Shown: positions 9,547 to 20,876, counted from the first letter of the stretch. The stretch: 64,000 nucleotides of DNA from Cyanobacteria bacterium J06626_4 (GCA_038523235.1 JBCBJQ010000001.1:96001-160000); one strand, 5' to 3'. Made by a program: numbers and translations. The notes: generated from the letters alone by a model not told the origin.

Positions 9547-11337
9547 ATGACGCTAGAGCTCCCTTCTCGGTTTCAATTCAGACTTAAAAAAGATAGCGAT
9601 CGCACAGTCGGCAAGCATTTTCAGGCGGTTGTGGCGATGCTTTTGGTATCCGGCGTCTTATTTGGCGCGGTGGGCACGCGACTGGCCCAGCTGCAGCTGG
9701 TGGAGGGGCCGCGCAATCGGCAGCGGGCCGAAACGAATCGCATTCGCCTCGTGCCCAAGCGACCGGCGCGGGGGGCGTTGCTCGATCGCAACGGCAAGAT
9801 TTTGGCCAGTAGCCGCCTCTCCCATGCCGTTTCTATCTGGCCGATTGCGCTACCGCGATCGGAGTGGCCCTTGGTCGTCGATCGCCTCTCTAGCATTTTG
9901 AACGTTGAGCCCGATAGCATTCGACAACGACTAGAGCAGGCCGGGTATGAGTCGATTGAGGCGATCACCATTGCTCGCGGCATTAGCCCAGCTCAGGCGA
10001 CGGCGATCGCCGAGTTTGGGGACGAACTGCCCGGCGTGCGCCTCGAAGCCGAAGCCGTACGCAACTATCCCAACGGTGATTTAGCAGCCCACGCGCTGGG
10101 CTACACGGGCGAAATCACCCAAGCAGAACTCGACGACCCCACCTATGAAACCTATCGGATGGGCGACATTATTGGGCAGATGGGGGCCGAAGCCGCCTTT
10201 GAGTCGCAGCTACAGGGGGAATGGGGCGGACAGCAGGTCGAAGTTGACAGCTCCGGGCGAGTGATTAGCGTTTTGGGCAACAAGCCAGCGATCTCGGGCA
10301 ACGACGTGCAGCTGACGATCGACCTCGAGCTACAAAAGCTGGCGGAGCAAGCGCTGGGCAATACCCGAGGGGCGATCGTGGCGTTAGATCCACAGTCGGG
10401 CGGGGTCTTAGCGATGGCCAGTCGCCCCACCTTTGACCCGAATATTTTTACCACCAACATTACCGATGCCCAATGGGCGCAGCTACAAGGAGCCGAGCAT
10501 CCCTTCTTAAATCGCTCACTGCAGGGCTTTGCCCCCGCCAGCACCTTCAAAATTGTCACCACCGCCGCTGGTATTGAATCTGGCGAATATTCTCCTAGTG
10601 CGGTGCTACCGACGTTTCCGTTTTTGCGCATCGGCGGCATTCAGTTTTGGGATTGGAACAACGCGGGCTTTGGTCCCCTGGGCTGGCGCGGGGCGATGGC
10701 AATGAGCAGTGACACCTTCTTTTATCAGGTCGGCAGAAAAGTCGGCGGTGAAACTTTGATTGACTGGACTCGCCGCTTTGGCTTTGGCACCAAAACAGGA
10801 ATTGAGCTGGCATCTGAAGAGAGTTCTGGGCTCGTGCCAGATGATGCCTGGAAGCAAGAAAATATGGGCTACGGCTGGTATGTCGGCGATACGATTAACA
10901 TGTCTATCGGCCAAGGGTTCTTGCAGACCTCTCCCCTACAAGTTGCGGTCATGTTTGCGGTGCCGGCAAATGGCGGTTATTTAGTAACGCCCCACCTGCT
11001 CAAAGACAGCCGCACCGAAGACGACTGGCGAGAATCCGTCGGTCTGCAGCCGGTCACCATCGAGGTCTTGCAGGACGGCTTGCGCCAGGTCATCTCTAGC
11101 GGCACGGCCCGCTCGCTCAACCTGCCAAATATTCCTCCCATCGCGGGCAAAACTGGCACTGCCGAAGCGCCCCCCTTTGAAAACCACGCCTGGTTTGGAG
11201 CCTACGCCCCGGCGGAGAATCCCGAAGTCTTGATCGTGGCCTTTGCCGAGCATTCTGGTGGCGGCGGCGGCTCAGTGGCAGCGCCGATGGTGAAGCAAAT
11301 GCTGGAAGCCTATTACAAAGACTGGCAAAAGCCGTAG
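9547..11337 (+). CDS. mrdA: Penicillin-binding protein 2
   Basis: N-terminal TM segment, PARGALLDRNG, SxxK (PASTFK), SSD, and KTGTAE transpeptidase motifs. Confidence 0.92.
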   Translation: MTLELPSRFQFRLKKDSDRTVGKHFQAVVAMLLVSGVLFGAVGTRLAQLQLVEGPRNRQRAETNRIRLVPKRPARGALLDRNGKILASSRLSHAVSIWPIALPRSEWPLVVDRLSSILNVEPDSIRQRLEQAGYESIEAITIARGISPAQATAIAEFGDELPGVRLEAEAVRNYPNGDLAAHALGYTGEITQAELDDPTYETYRMGDIIGQMGAEAAFESQLQGEWGGQQVEVDSSGRVISVLGNKPAISGNDVQLTIDLELQKLAEQALGNTRGAIVALDPQSGGVLAMASRPTFDPNIFTTNITDAQWAQLQGAEHPFLNRSLQGFAPASTFKIVTTAAGIESGEYSPSAVLPTFPFLRIGGIQFWDWNNAGFGPLGWRGAMAMSSDTFFYQVGRKVGGETLIDWTRRFGFGTKTGIELASEESSGLVPDDAWKQENMGYGWYVGDTINMSIGQGFLQTSPLQVAVMFAVPANGGYLVTPHLLKDSRTEDDWRESVGLQPVTIEVLQDGLRQVISSGTARSLNLPNIPPIAGKTGTAEAPPFENHAWFGAYAPAENPEVLIVAFAEHSGGGGGSVAAPMVKQMLEAYYKDWQKP

Positions 11338-11441
11338 GGGCGCTGCACTTTAATCCCCCGCTCAAATAGACCATTGTCCATCAGGAGTGGGCGTGCCCAA
11401 CCCCGTCGATGGCACTGGTTTATCAGCCCCTCCTGAAGCAA

Positions 11442-14400
11442 TCAGGCATGGCCATAAATTTGCTGGAATAAACCAGGCGTGTCATCAGTCCCGACGATCA
11501 GACCGCGCATGATCTCATAGACCCAACCGTAGAGCGGCGCAGTTGTCTGGGTAGCGAGGCGATTCACCTGGCTGATCTGATCAAGATAGGCGGCAACAGC
11601 CGCCGGGTCGGCTTGGCACCAGCGACTCATCGGATGTTCCCACTGCTCAAAAAAGTCAGCCAGCAGCGCCTGATCGCCCTGACTTAGAGGCGGCTGAGCG
11701 CTGGTTGAAGCATACAGCTGGTCATCGGGGGGGCAGGTCGCGCGGGTCAGCGCCGCCGATCGCAGAGAGGACCATTGAGCCGCCAGCAGCGGTGGGGCGA
11801 TCGCCAGAGCATATTGCCGACCGGCGGCGAGTTTGAGGCCACCGATGGCGGCGGCTCCTTGGCTCAGCACAAAGTGGTGCAAATCTTCTAGCCAAGGCTG
11901 TACGACTTCGCGTTCGACCACCAAGCCCAGCCGTTTACCGGCAGCGCTGTAGTCAGCGTTGGCCCCGTCGTCCCCCTCAGCGAGCATCAGCGCCACCTGT
12001 TTATAGGCCGCGTACAGGTCTTTTTGGCTATCGGTTTGCAAACAAAACCAAATTTTGTCCCCCACCTCAGAGCGCACCGCCCGCTTAATGGCTTTGGGAT
12101 CCAGCGTGACCACCGGACGAGTCATTTCTTGCTGCAGGATCTCAATATGGTCTGCTTGGCTTTGCACCACTGTTTCCTGCGCTTCGACTGCGGCCTGCAG
12201 GTGCTGAAACTGCTGCTTTTGCATTGACGAGAGCGGACTGCTTTGAGCCTGCAAAAATTCAATTTGTCGCATCAACGTTTCGATGTGCTGGTCTTTATCG
12301 GCCAACAGCTCGTCTTTTTCGAGCAGCAGGTGAGTTTTTTGGCGAATTTCGAGGGCATCCAGCCCGGCTCGAATCAGGTTGAAATAGTGGGATTCAGTGA
12401 TGTCAATAGGCTGCGGCGACTGCCCCGGCAGGTATAGATAGCCCTGTTTTTCTGGCAGCAGTACGGCTAAAACCTGCCCTTCAGGATTGTGTACCTGGAG
12501 TTCTCGCGAAGTCCCCTTCTTGAGGGTGCAGGCCCGATAGCGCCGCTGAGCATAAAAGAAATCGACCTGATCAATAGCGGGGGTGGTCGGAAACTGGGCC
12601 GTGGGGGATGACGGTGGCCGGTCGTAGCGGCTAGGTGCTTCGGCCATTTCCGCACGGGGACTAGTAGACGCAGCGGTGGGAGTGGTGGATGGTGGCGTGA
12701 TCGCATCAGGGCTGTTACCGACAGCGCCTGCTTCAAAGGGCAGTTTTAGCGTGACCGTGGCGGCACTTTGGGGGGCGCTGACCGGTTGGGCCGGGGCTGG
12801 CATCGGAGCCCCGGTCGCGGTCGCGAGGCGCACACCGATCAGCTCTAGCTGCAGCGTAATCTTGCCCTGCCATTCATTCAGCTTCAGCTTATAGGCAATA
12901 TCAACCCGATTCGGTAGCGGACAGTAGCTGCCCCAGCGCCAAGCGATCGCCTCCAGCGTGTCGCCGTTCTCGTCAGCAACAGCGAGTTTGAGATGAGCCT
13001 TGGTCTGACCGATCGGTCGCTGTTCTGTAATGCGGACATTGGGTGTCCAAAACACTGGGTCAGGGTTCTCAATGCCGCAGGGATGCAGCGTCTGCATTTG
13101 GTCGTACAACGAGTGCGTGAGCTGATCCAGCGTGGCCCGCACGTCAATCGTCACCAAGGGTTTCAACTGCTCGGGCTGCAGCGTTTGATTGGCAAAGTTG
13201 GCTAGTCGCGATTTAATCGGGCGCAGATGTTTCGCCGCAAACGAAAAGCCGCCCGCCGCTCGGTGGCCGCCAAATTTGGCCATCAGATCGTGGCAGCTTT
13301 GCAGGGCATCAAAGACGTTGAACTCGGGAATGCTGCGGGCAGAGCCGCGAATCTCTTTATGCTCTTTGTCCTCATAGGTGCAGATAAACACCGGCACGCC
13401 ATAGCGCTCGACCAGGCGCGAGGCGACGATGCCAATGACGCCGTGGTGCCAATCGGGCTGCACAATCAGCAGCACGCGATCTCGCAGCAAATTGACTTCG
13501 CCCTCAGCCATTTGGGCCTCTACCCAGGCGATCGCCTCTTCTTCAATGCGATCGCACATTTCGCGCCGCTGTTGATTCGCCTGCTCACACTGCAAGGCCC
13601 GCTCCAGCGCCACATCCACGTCATCGGTGATCAACATTTCAATCACCACCTGCGGATCGCCAATGCGCCCCACGGCGTTGATGCGCGGCCCCAGCCGAAA
13701 GCCGATGTCTTCGGGCTTGAGCGTGTCGTTTTCGTTGCCCAGCCCCGCGACTTGGATTAATGCCTGCACGCCAATCAGCCGCGATTTAGGCAACAATCGC
13801 AGCCCGCGCCGCACCCACCGCCGGTTTACGCCGGTGAGGGGAGCCAGATCGGCGATCGTCCCCAGCGTAAACAGTTCGAGCAGCGGGGCCGTCAGATCTT
13901 GAATGCGGCCCATCGCCTGGGCCAAGCACACCGCCAAAATATAGGCGACGCCGACTCCCGCAACACCCCGGTAGGGTGAGGCTTCAGCAATTAGTTTCGG
14001 ATTCAGAATGGCATGGGCCGGGGGGATCTCTGGGGGCACATCATGGTGGTCAGTGACGATGACGGTAAGACCCAGTTCGCGGGCGTAGGCGATCGGTTCC
14101 ACCGCCGCAATGCCGTTATCTACCGTGAGAATCACGCTAACGCCATCGGTAAAAAAATCTTCGACGATGCGGCTGTTGATGCCATAGCCCTCTTGCATAC
14201 GGCTGGGAATGGCGTAATCCACATCTGCCCCTAAGAACCGCAGGGCGCGGATCAGTAGCGCCGTGCTGGTCATGCCATCGGCGTCATAGTCGCCACAAAT
14301 AGCGATCTTTTCTTGCAGTTCGATCGCCTGCAGCAAAATCTCGATACTGGCTTCCAGATCGGGAAACTCGTCTAAAGGCGACGGCAGCAGCAGCGCCTCA

Positions 14401-14549
14401 GGATTCAGAAACTCTTGAGCCGCTTCCAGGGTTTGAATGTCACGGTTAAGCAAGACTTGAGTCAGCAGCGGCGACAGCCCAATTTGGTGCGATAGCCATT
14501 GGGCTTCCCCTTTGAGCGCCGGGTGAATAAACCACCGCTGTTGGGGCAT
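11442..14549 (-). CDS. recJ: ssDNA exonuclease RecJ with a long C-terminal extension
   Basis: GDYDADG, LTVDNG, TDHH, GPRINAVGR, RGSARS and GGHRAAGG motifs. About 450 extra C-terminal residues. An alternative TTG start lies at 14633. Confidence 0.92.
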   Translation of the reverse strand: MPQQRWFIHPALKGEAQWLSHQIGLSPLLTQVLLNRDIQTLEAAQEFLNPEALLLPSPLDEFPDLEASIEILLQAIELQEKIAICGDYDADGMTSTALLIRALRFLGADVDYAIPSRMQEGYGINSRIVEDFFTDGVSVILTVDNGIAAVEPIAYARELGLTVIVTDHHDVPPEIPPAHAILNPKLIAEASPYRGVAGVGVAYILAVCLAQAMGRIQDLTAPLLELFTLGTIADLAPLTGVNRRWVRRGLRLLPKSRLIGVQALIQVAGLGNENDTLKPEDIGFRLGPRINAVGRIGDPQVVIEMLITDDVDVALERALQCEQANQQRREMCDRIEEEAIAWVEAQMAEGEVNLLRDRVLLIVQPDWHHGVIGIVASRLVERYGVPVFICTYEDKEHKEIRGSARSIPEFNVFDALQSCHDLMAKFGGHRAAGGFSFAAKHLRPIKSRLANFANQTLQPEQLKPLVTIDVRATLDQLTHSLYDQMQTLHPCGIENPDPVFWTPNVRITEQRPIGQTKAHLKLAVADENGDTLEAIAWRWGSYCPLPNRVDIAYKLKLNEWQGKITLQLELIGVRLATATGAPMPAPAQPVSAPQSAATVTLKLPFEAGAVGNSPDAITPPSTTPTAASTSPRAEMAEAPSRYDRPPSSPTAQFPTTPAIDQVDFFYAQRRYRACTLKKGTSRELQVHNPEGQVLAVLLPEKQGYLYLPGQSPQPIDITESHYFNLIRAGLDALEIRQKTHLLLEKDELLADKDQHIETLMRQIEFLQAQSSPLSSMQKQQFQHLQAAVEAQETVVQSQADHIEILQQEMTRPVVTLDPKAIKRAVRSEVGDKIWFCLQTDSQKDLYAAYKQVALMLAEGDDGANADYSAAGKRLGLVVEREVVQPWLEDLHHFVLSQGAAAIGGLKLAAGRQYALAIAPPLLAAQWSSLRSAALTRATCPPDDQLYASTSAQPPLSQGDQALLADFFEQWEHPMSRWCQADPAAVAAYLDQISQVNRLATQTTAPLYGWVYEIMRGLIVGTDDTPGLFQQIYGHA

Positions 14550-15335
14550 GGTCGAGCGCGCCGCCGATGGCTCAGTGGCCTCTGCAGCGGGGCGTGGGGG
14601 TGCTCCCTTCGATTTTGCCGGATGACTTGCCAACGACCTTATCCAATCCTTGCTAAATTAGGGCGCGTTATCAATGAGTGACCAAAGCCTTATGGGACAA
14701 GCATGACCGCGCCCGCTCCAAAACCAAGCTAGGGGCTGAAACCGCTGCGGTACAGACATGGAGCTGTTAACTATGACAACCCCTAGATCGCTTGCACTAA
14801 TATATCGCTTCTCTCAGAATTCGATCAGGCGATCGCCGAGGCTGTCAAGTGCTGTGCCTCGGGTTTCCCCATGCCCTGAAGGGCAAAGGTTAAGGGCTTT
14901 GAGCGGCAGCGGTTCTTCAGATTCTACTGATCTTAGTGAAGATCGCCAGGCTCGATGCGGTAAATGGCCACGACACCTCACCTCAGTAGCGAGATGAACT
15001 CAAGCGCGTTCAGGGTGACAGGGCTTGACTCACACCGCCTCCTTCATCAAAACCGAGTGAGGCAGGTGCGGCGTCACTGTCTCTGCCAAGGTGGTTCGAG
15101 TAGTTCTCCAGACGGGCTAATACCAAAGCGGGGAAACTGCCCCCTGACGCTAGGGACGTTTTCAGAATCCAAGATTGTTCCCAGAGGCGGGTGAACATCG
15201 CCGCGATCGCGCGCTGGGCGGTCGCCATTCATCCCAGATTTTCTGGTCCGTGGCTCTATCGTTTCGCCTTCAGGCCACTCAGGTTTGGGCTAGGGTGGAG
15301 CATGTCGGACTGTTTACGTCACCGTGCTCAAATCT

Positions 15336-16457
15336 ATGCTTCGTCCCTTTCGGTTTGCCGTCATCAGCGATTTGCATATCGCGTTACCCGAAACGATTCA
15401 CCCCACGGCTAAGCGCTTTCATCTCGTCGAAGTAAGCATTCCCGCCCTTGAACAGGTGTTGCAGCGCCTAGAGACCGAGCCCCTCGATTTTTTGCTGTTG
15501 CCAGGTGATTTGACCCAACATGGCGAGCGCCCCAATCACGACTGGCTGGTGCGTCGTCTGCAGGCGCTGCCGTTTCCAACCTATGTGGTGCCCGGCAACC
15601 ATGACATCGTGACCCAGGCAGGGTGCGATCGCACCCTGGGCCTGACAGAGTTTCCCCAGGTCTATCAAGACTTTGGCTATGATGGCCCACTGCCCTACTA
15701 TCATCGAGAAATTTTGCCGGGCATCCATCTCATTGGCCTCAATTCCATCGCCTTTGATGAGGACGGCGAACAGCTGTTTGCGGGCTGGATAGACGATGCC
15801 CAGTTAGCCTGGTTGTCTACCCAGTTAGCGGCCCTAAAATATGAGTGGGTCATGGTCGCTATTCACCACAACGTGCTAGAGCATTTGCCCGGCCAGGCCC
15901 AGCACCCCATGGGCCGCCGCTATATCGTGCAAAACCGCGATCGCCTCATCCATCAGCTCCAAGCCGGAGGCGTGAATCTGGTGTTCACCGGGCATTTGCA
16001 TGTGCAAGACGTGATTCAGGCGGACAATCTGTGGGAAATTACCACCGGCTCATTGGTGAGCTATCCCCATCCCTATCGGTTGGTGACAGTGACGCCGCAG
16101 CCTGACGGCCACATGCAGGTGCAGGTTGAGAGCGATCGCGTCCGCGCGGTTGAGACTCATCCTGATTTGCAGACCTTCTCTCAAAACTGGATGCGGGCTC
16201 ATGCCGTGCCGTTTATGACTAAATTTCTGACCTGTCCACCCTTTGGGTTAGCTACCGACAAAGCCGCTTTTTATGCGGCGGATCTGACGGACTTTTGGGC
16301 CAGCATCTCCGCTGGGGATCACGAGTTTGACTACGGCCATTTTCCTGACGAACTGAATCAGCGACTCAAAACCTTCGGCGCAGTCAACGCGTCCGGCAGC
16401 TATAAGCCCATTGATAATCACGTCACCCTCAATTTGCCCGTGCAATCGCGTCTCTGA
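15336..16457 (+). CDS. Calcineurin-like metallophosphoesterase
   Basis: SDLH, PGDLT, VPGNHD, HH and FTGHLH motifs. Confidence 0.88.
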   Translation: MLRPFRFAVISDLHIALPETIHPTAKRFHLVEVSIPALEQVLQRLETEPLDFLLLPGDLTQHGERPNHDWLVRRLQALPFPTYVVPGNHDIVTQAGCDRTLGLTEFPQVYQDFGYDGPLPYYHREILPGIHLIGLNSIAFDEDGEQLFAGWIDDAQLAWLSTQLAALKYEWVMVAIHHNVLEHLPGQAQHPMGRRYIVQNRDRLIHQLQAGGVNLVFTGHLHVQDVIQADNLWEITTGSLVSYPHPYRLVTVTPQPDGHMQVQVESDRVRAVETHPDLQTFSQNWMRAHAVPFMTKFLTCPPFGLATDKAAFYAADLTDFWASISAGDHEFDYGHFPDELNQRLKTFGAVNASGSYKPIDNHVTLNLPVQSRL

Positions 16458-16507
16458 TATCCATTGCTCGCTAACTCCCCGGCTCCCTAGCTCGCCACCC
16501 TCTACCC

Positions 16508-17380
16508 TCAACGCTCCGACGCCGGCTCTCGCGAAATCCGAATCTCATACTCCAGCGTTGAAGCCCCAGCAAATCCCGGTTTGAGCTGACCAGACACCGG
16601 TGCGGCATTGGCGGGTTGAGCCGACGCTACCAGAGGAATGTGGCGATCGCTCACGGCCAGCCCGTGGGTGGGGTCAAAGCCGCGCCAGCCACCGCCAGGA
16701 ATGTAAACTTCGGGCCAGGCGTGCAGTTCGCGGCCATCTTGACTTTCGTCCCCTTCTTGATAGCCGCTGACAAACCGAGCTGCCAGGCCGACCGCCTGAC
16801 AGGCCGCCATAAACAGCACGGCAAAATCACGGCAGGAACCCACCTTTTGAGAGAGCGTCACCCCAGGCAACTGTGGTTCCCCCACAGGACGATTGACATA
16901 TTGAAAGTCTTCGTAGATTACTTGCGTCAGGCGAGAGAGAAACAGCCCTACCTGACCGGCTACCTCATGCAGCAGTCCTTGGGCAAACTCCACCACTGCG
17001 GGGCTCATGACCATCCCCGGTACCGGCTGCAGATAGGGTCGAAGATGCGCGGCGACAGAACTGGGGTAATCGATCGGAGCAGAAATCGCCCAGGGTTCGC
17101 TGAGATAGTTGAAAGGATTGGTGCAAAACGTTTCGACCTGGGCCTCGGTGCGAATCTTGAGTGCCGTCGTGGGCACATCAGGAAACCACAGCCGCATACA
17201 GGCGTTGCCCTCTAGATCTAAAACGTCGGAAATCTGAGTCGGCTGGGGCTCAATCGAGATCGCAAAGTGCCGGAGCTGCTGATGGCCATCGCTGCGGGGA
17301 CGCAGTCGAATTGTGTGAGCACCCAACTGCACCGGCTGATGGTAGCGATAAAGCGTTTGGTGGGTGAGGTGATACTGCAC
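16508..17380 (-). CDS. Transglutaminase-like protein
   Basis: N-terminal HQTLYRY domain; catalytic triad motifs GSCRDFA, LHAWPEVY and GFDPT. Confidence 0.9.
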   Translation of the reverse strand: MQYHLTHQTLYRYHQPVQLGAHTIRLRPRSDGHQQLRHFAISIEPQPTQISDVLDLEGNACMRLWFPDVPTTALKIRTEAQVETFCTNPFNYLSEPWAISAPIDYPSSVAAHLRPYLQPVPGMVMSPAVVEFAQGLLHEVAGQVGLFLSRLTQVIYEDFQYVNRPVGEPQLPGVTLSQKVGSCRDFAVLFMAACQAVGLAARFVSGYQEGDESQDGRELHAWPEVYIPGGGWRGFDPTHGLAVSDRHIPLVASAQPANAAPVSGQLKPGFAGASTLEYEIRISREPASER

Positions 17381-17395
17381 GGCGATCCAGAGAGG

Positions 17396-18352
17396 TTAAG
17401 AGGCTAGGGGCACAGCCATAAAGTCTTCATAGATGTGTTCACCCACCGTATTGAGCTGCGTCTGCAACTTGTCGAGAAACTCGTGCAGCCCTAACTCAAA
17501 CACTTCGTCCATCGTCGTATATTCCAGCTCCGATCGCAGCCGCCCCAAAGTCCGCTCGCTGTCATGAGACCAGCTGCCTAGTGTAGTGCCCGTGATGCGA
17601 TGCAGCGATCGCTCCGCCTGCAGCAGAGAAAACTGAATGGAGCGGGGAAACTCCGGATCGAGCAGCAAAAACTGGGCGATGCTGCGGGGGGTAACTCGCC
17701 GCTGGCGTTTGCGATACATCTCGTAGGCGCTGGCTGATTTCAACAGTGCAATCCACTGCAAATCGTCGAGTGGGGTGCCCACATCAGTGACCGCAGGCAG
17801 CAAGATATAGTACTTCACGTCTAAAATGCGGGCGGTTTTATCGGCTCGCTCTAGCAAGCGCCCCAGCTGGCCAAAGTGCCAGCCTTCGTTATGGGCCATG
17901 GTGGCATCCATCACCCCGGCAAAGAGGTGGCTAGCCATCTTCACCTCGGGATAAAAGCGATAGAGATGTTCCTCTGTGGTTTCGGCCTGGGCCGCTTCTT
18001 GCACCCAAAGATAGAACGTATTGACCTGCTCCCACATTTCTGAAGAAATAGTTTCGCGCACGGCGCGGGCGTTTTCGCGGGCTGACTTGACACACGACAA
18101 AATTGAGTTGGGATACTCCTTATCAAAAGTTAAGAACTGCAGCACGTTTTGGGCGCTGGCCTCGTCATAACGCTCTTGAAACAGGGCCTTGTCGCCGGTG
18201 GTCATCATCACTGGTTCCCACTGTTCAGTAAAGCCGGTCACCGGCGTATCCAGCAGCAAATTGAGGTTGACATCGACAAATCGGGCGACGTTTTCGGCCC
18301 GCTCAACGTAGCGGTTGAGCCAGTAAATCGAATCAGCCACGCGGCTTAACAT
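17396..18352 (-). CDS. Alpha-E domain protein (DUF403)
   Basis: [35 protein letters not shown] and FPRSI (duplicated ER motifs). Confidence 0.9.
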   Translation of the reverse strand: MLSRVADSIYWLNRYVERAENVARFVDVNLNLLLDTPVTGFTEQWEPVMMTTGDKALFQERYDEASAQNVLQFLTFDKEYPNSILSCVKSARENARAVRETISSEMWEQVNTFYLWVQEAAQAETTEEHLYRFYPEVKMASHLFAGVMDATMAHNEGWHFGQLGRLLERADKTARILDVKYYILLPAVTDVGTPLDDLQWIALLKSASAYEMYRKRQRRVTPRSIAQFLLLDPEFPRSIQFSLLQAERSLHRITGTTLGSWSHDSERTLGRLRSELEYTTMDEVFELGLHEFLDKLQTQLNTVGEHIYEDFMAVPLAS

Positions 18353-19791
18353 GAGCTCTCCTTCACCACCCAGGTATCTTTGCTGCCGCCCCCTTGGGAC
18401 GAATTGACCACCAACGAACCACGCCGCAGCGCCACTCGGGTTAACCCCCCCGGATTCACGTAGATATCTTGGCCATTGAGGATGAAGGGTCGCAAATCGA
18501 CGTGGCAGCCCTCAAATTGACCGTCAATCAAAGTGGGTACTCGCGACAGACTGAGGGTGGGCTGGGCGATGTAATTGCGCGGCTTGGCCTTAATTTTTTC
18601 AGCAAAGGCGGCCCGTTCGGGCTCGGTCGCGTGCAGGCCCATCAACATGCCGTAGCCGCCCGAGGCGTCGGTGGCTTTCACCACCAGCTCATCTAAGTGA
18701 GTCAGCACATACTCGCGCTGCTTCTCGTCTTCGCAGAGATAGGTCGGCACGTTGGGCAACAGCTGCTCTTCACCCAGATAGTAGCGAATCATCTGGGGCA
18801 CATAGGCGTAGATCATTTTGTCATCGGCGACGCCGGTACCGGGGGCATTGGCGATCGCCACCCGGCCCTGGCGATAAACCTCCATTAGCCCCGACACGCC
18901 GAGCATGGAATCGGCCCGAAAGGCCATCGGGTCAAGAAAGTCATCGTCAATGCGGCGGTAAATGACGTCTACGCGGCGCAGTCCCTTTGTCGTGCGCATT
19001 TGCAGATACCCATCGGTGACGACCAGGTCGCGCCCTTCTACCAGTTGGGCGCCCATCTGCTGGGCTAAAAAGGAATGCTCAAAGTAAGCTGAATTGTGAA
19101 TACCTGGCGTCAGCACCACCACACAGGGATCACTCAAGTTAGAGGGGGCCAGGTTCAGCAGGGTATCTAACAGCTGGCTGGCATAATCATCCACCGGTTG
19201 AATATTCAGCGCATCAAAAAAGCGCGGAAACGAGCTTTTCATCACCCGGCGATTTTCGAGCACGTAGGAAACTCCGGACGGACAGCGCAGGTTGTCTTCT
19301 AAGACATACCAGCTGCCATCGCGATCTTTGATCAAGTCAGTGCCGGTGATGTGACACCAAATGTTTTGGGGTGGCTGCAACCCCATACAGGGCTCCAAAA
19401 ACCCTGTCGCCGATTCGATCATCTCGCGGGGAATGACCTTGTCGTTGAGAATCTTCTGGTCGTTGTAGATATCGTGGATAAAACAGTTCAGCGCCTCAAT
19501 CCGCTGTTTTAAACCCCGCTCCAACAGTTCCCATTCTTGATAGGGCACAAAGCGCGGAATCACATCGAAGGGAAAAATCCGCTCAGTGCCTTGGTTATCG
19601 CTGTAGACGTTGAACGTCACCCCCAGCTTGAACAGCATATTTTGCGCGGCCTGCTGCCGTCGCTGTAGTTCTTCTATCGATAAAGACTCAATCCGCTTGA
19701 CCAGTTCAGCCGCCGCCGGGCGCGGGGTCCCCGCCGCCATAAACAGCTCATCAAAGAAATCGCCAGGATCATAACCATCCAAGCAGGGCAT
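18346..19791 (-). CDS. Circularly permuted type 2 ATP-grasp peptide ligase
   Basis: [43 protein letters not shown] and [15 protein letters not shown]. Confidence 0.92.
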   Translation of the reverse strand: MPCLDGYDPGDFFDELFMAAGTPRPAAAELVKRIESLSIEELQRRQQAAQNMLFKLGVTFNVYSDNQGTERIFPFDVIPRFVPYQEWELLERGLKQRIEALNCFIHDIYNDQKILNDKVIPREMIESATGFLEPCMGLQPPQNIWCHITGTDLIKDRDGSWYVLEDNLRCPSGVSYVLENRRVMKSSFPRFFDALNIQPVDDYASQLLDTLLNLAPSNLSDPCVVVLTPGIHNSAYFEHSFLAQQMGAQLVEGRDLVVTDGYLQMRTTKGLRRVDVIYRRIDDDFLDPMAFRADSMLGVSGLMEVYRQGRVAIANAPGTGVADDKMIYAYVPQMIRYYLGEEQLLPNVPTYLCEDEKQREYVLTHLDELVVKATDASGGYGMLMGLHATEPERAAFAEKIKAKPRNYIAQPTLSLSRVPTLIDGQFEGCHVDLRPFILNGQDIYVNPGGLTRVALRRGSLVVNSSQGGGSKDTWVVKESSC

Positions 19792-19846
19792 GCATAACCT
19801 CCAAGCCAGTCGAACCAGTCATACTTGTTTCTCGGGTCGGTAAACC

Positions 19847-19860
19847 GTAACACTCTATAC
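19847..19860. promoter_or_regulatory. NtcA-type site upstream of the ATP-grasp operon
   Basis: GTA-ACACTCTA-TAC, 55 nt upstream of the start at 19791. Confidence 0.45.
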
Positions 19861-20040
19861 GCTTAATCAGCCTAGAGGCGTTGGAAAGACACGGAAACAG
19901 GGGCCGCGATCGCCCCTTCTCGACCAGGGCGACAACTCAAACCGGCAGCGTCTGGAAAGCGTTTCCCGGCCACTCGCCCCCACCTGCCACCGTCGTGAGA
20001 ACGGTGAGAATCGGTCTCTCCAGGCAGCATGATGGCGGCA

Positions 20041-20817
20041 TTACGGTTCGGAAATATCGGTCAAATCTGGCCCGTCCGGCACCGCTGTCGAATTCCACTC
20101 AATGGTGGGCATATTCGCCGCGGCATCTCGCAGGGCGACCTCCCAATGTTTCCGCATCTTGATCAGGTAAGGATCACCCGCATAAAACCGGGCCTTGTTG
20201 ACGATTTCAAAGCTGTCCGTTTCATACATGATGAGGTTGATTGGCGGCCCCACCGATAGGTTGGAGCGCATGGTGGAGTCAATCGACAGCAGCGCATATT
20301 TGGCCACATCTTCGATCGCCGATTCATAGGTCAAGGTCCGATCCAAAATCGGCTTGCCGTATTTGGTTTCGCCAATTTGCAAAAAGGGCGTCTCGGGGGT
20401 GCTTTTGATGCAGTTGCCCTGGCTATAAATCATGTGCAGGCCCGGCGCTTCCCCTTTTACCTGGCCACCCAGTAAAAAGCTGCACTGGAAGTCGATTTTG
20501 TCTTTTTGCAACCAGGGGCGATCGATTTCTTGGAGCTTGCGAATGCAATTGCCGATGTAACGAGCAATATCGTATAGCGTCGGCAGGGTATGTAAGTTGG
20601 CCTCGGCGTTAACAATCAGATCGCGCTCTAGGGCGTGCAGCACCGCCTGCGTGATCGACAAATTACCCGAGGTGCAAAGAATGAGCGCCCGCTCGTGAGG
20701 CACTGAGAAATCAAACAGCTTGCGATAGGAAGAAATGTAATCGACGCCAGCATTGGTGCGGGAGTCAGCGGCGAGCAAGATACCCTGACGGACGTGAATG
20801 CCTAAACAATAAGTCAC
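20041..20817 (-). CDS. Proteasome-type Ntn peptidase (Anbu)
   Basis: (M)TYCLG N-terminal Thr, ADSRTNAGVD, QIGETKYGKPILDR and SIDSTMRSNLSVGPP. Confidence 0.9.
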   Translation of the reverse strand: MTYCLGIHVRQGILLAADSRTNAGVDYISSYRKLFDFSVPHERALILCTSGNLSITQAVLHALERDLIVNAEANLHTLPTLYDIARYIGNCIRKLQEIDRPWLQKDKIDFQCSFLLGGQVKGEAPGLHMIYSQGNCIKSTPETPFLQIGETKYGKPILDRTLTYESAIEDVAKYALLSIDSTMRSNLSVGPPINLIMYETDSFEIVNKARFYAGDPYLIKMRKHWEVALRDAAANMPTIEWNSTAVPDGPDLTDISEP

Positions 20818-20876
20818 GGGGTGAAAAGTGATGAAACAACCTGTGTAGCGCCCTCAAAGACAGCCCCATGTTGGCT

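Noticed and set aside
14700..15330. Long recJ/phosphoesterase intergenic region as an ncRNA or small-ORF locus (partial stems around 15011-15079)
   Set aside because: Pairings are imperfect, there is no terminator or clear promoter, no match to RNA families I know, and the ORFs look spurious.
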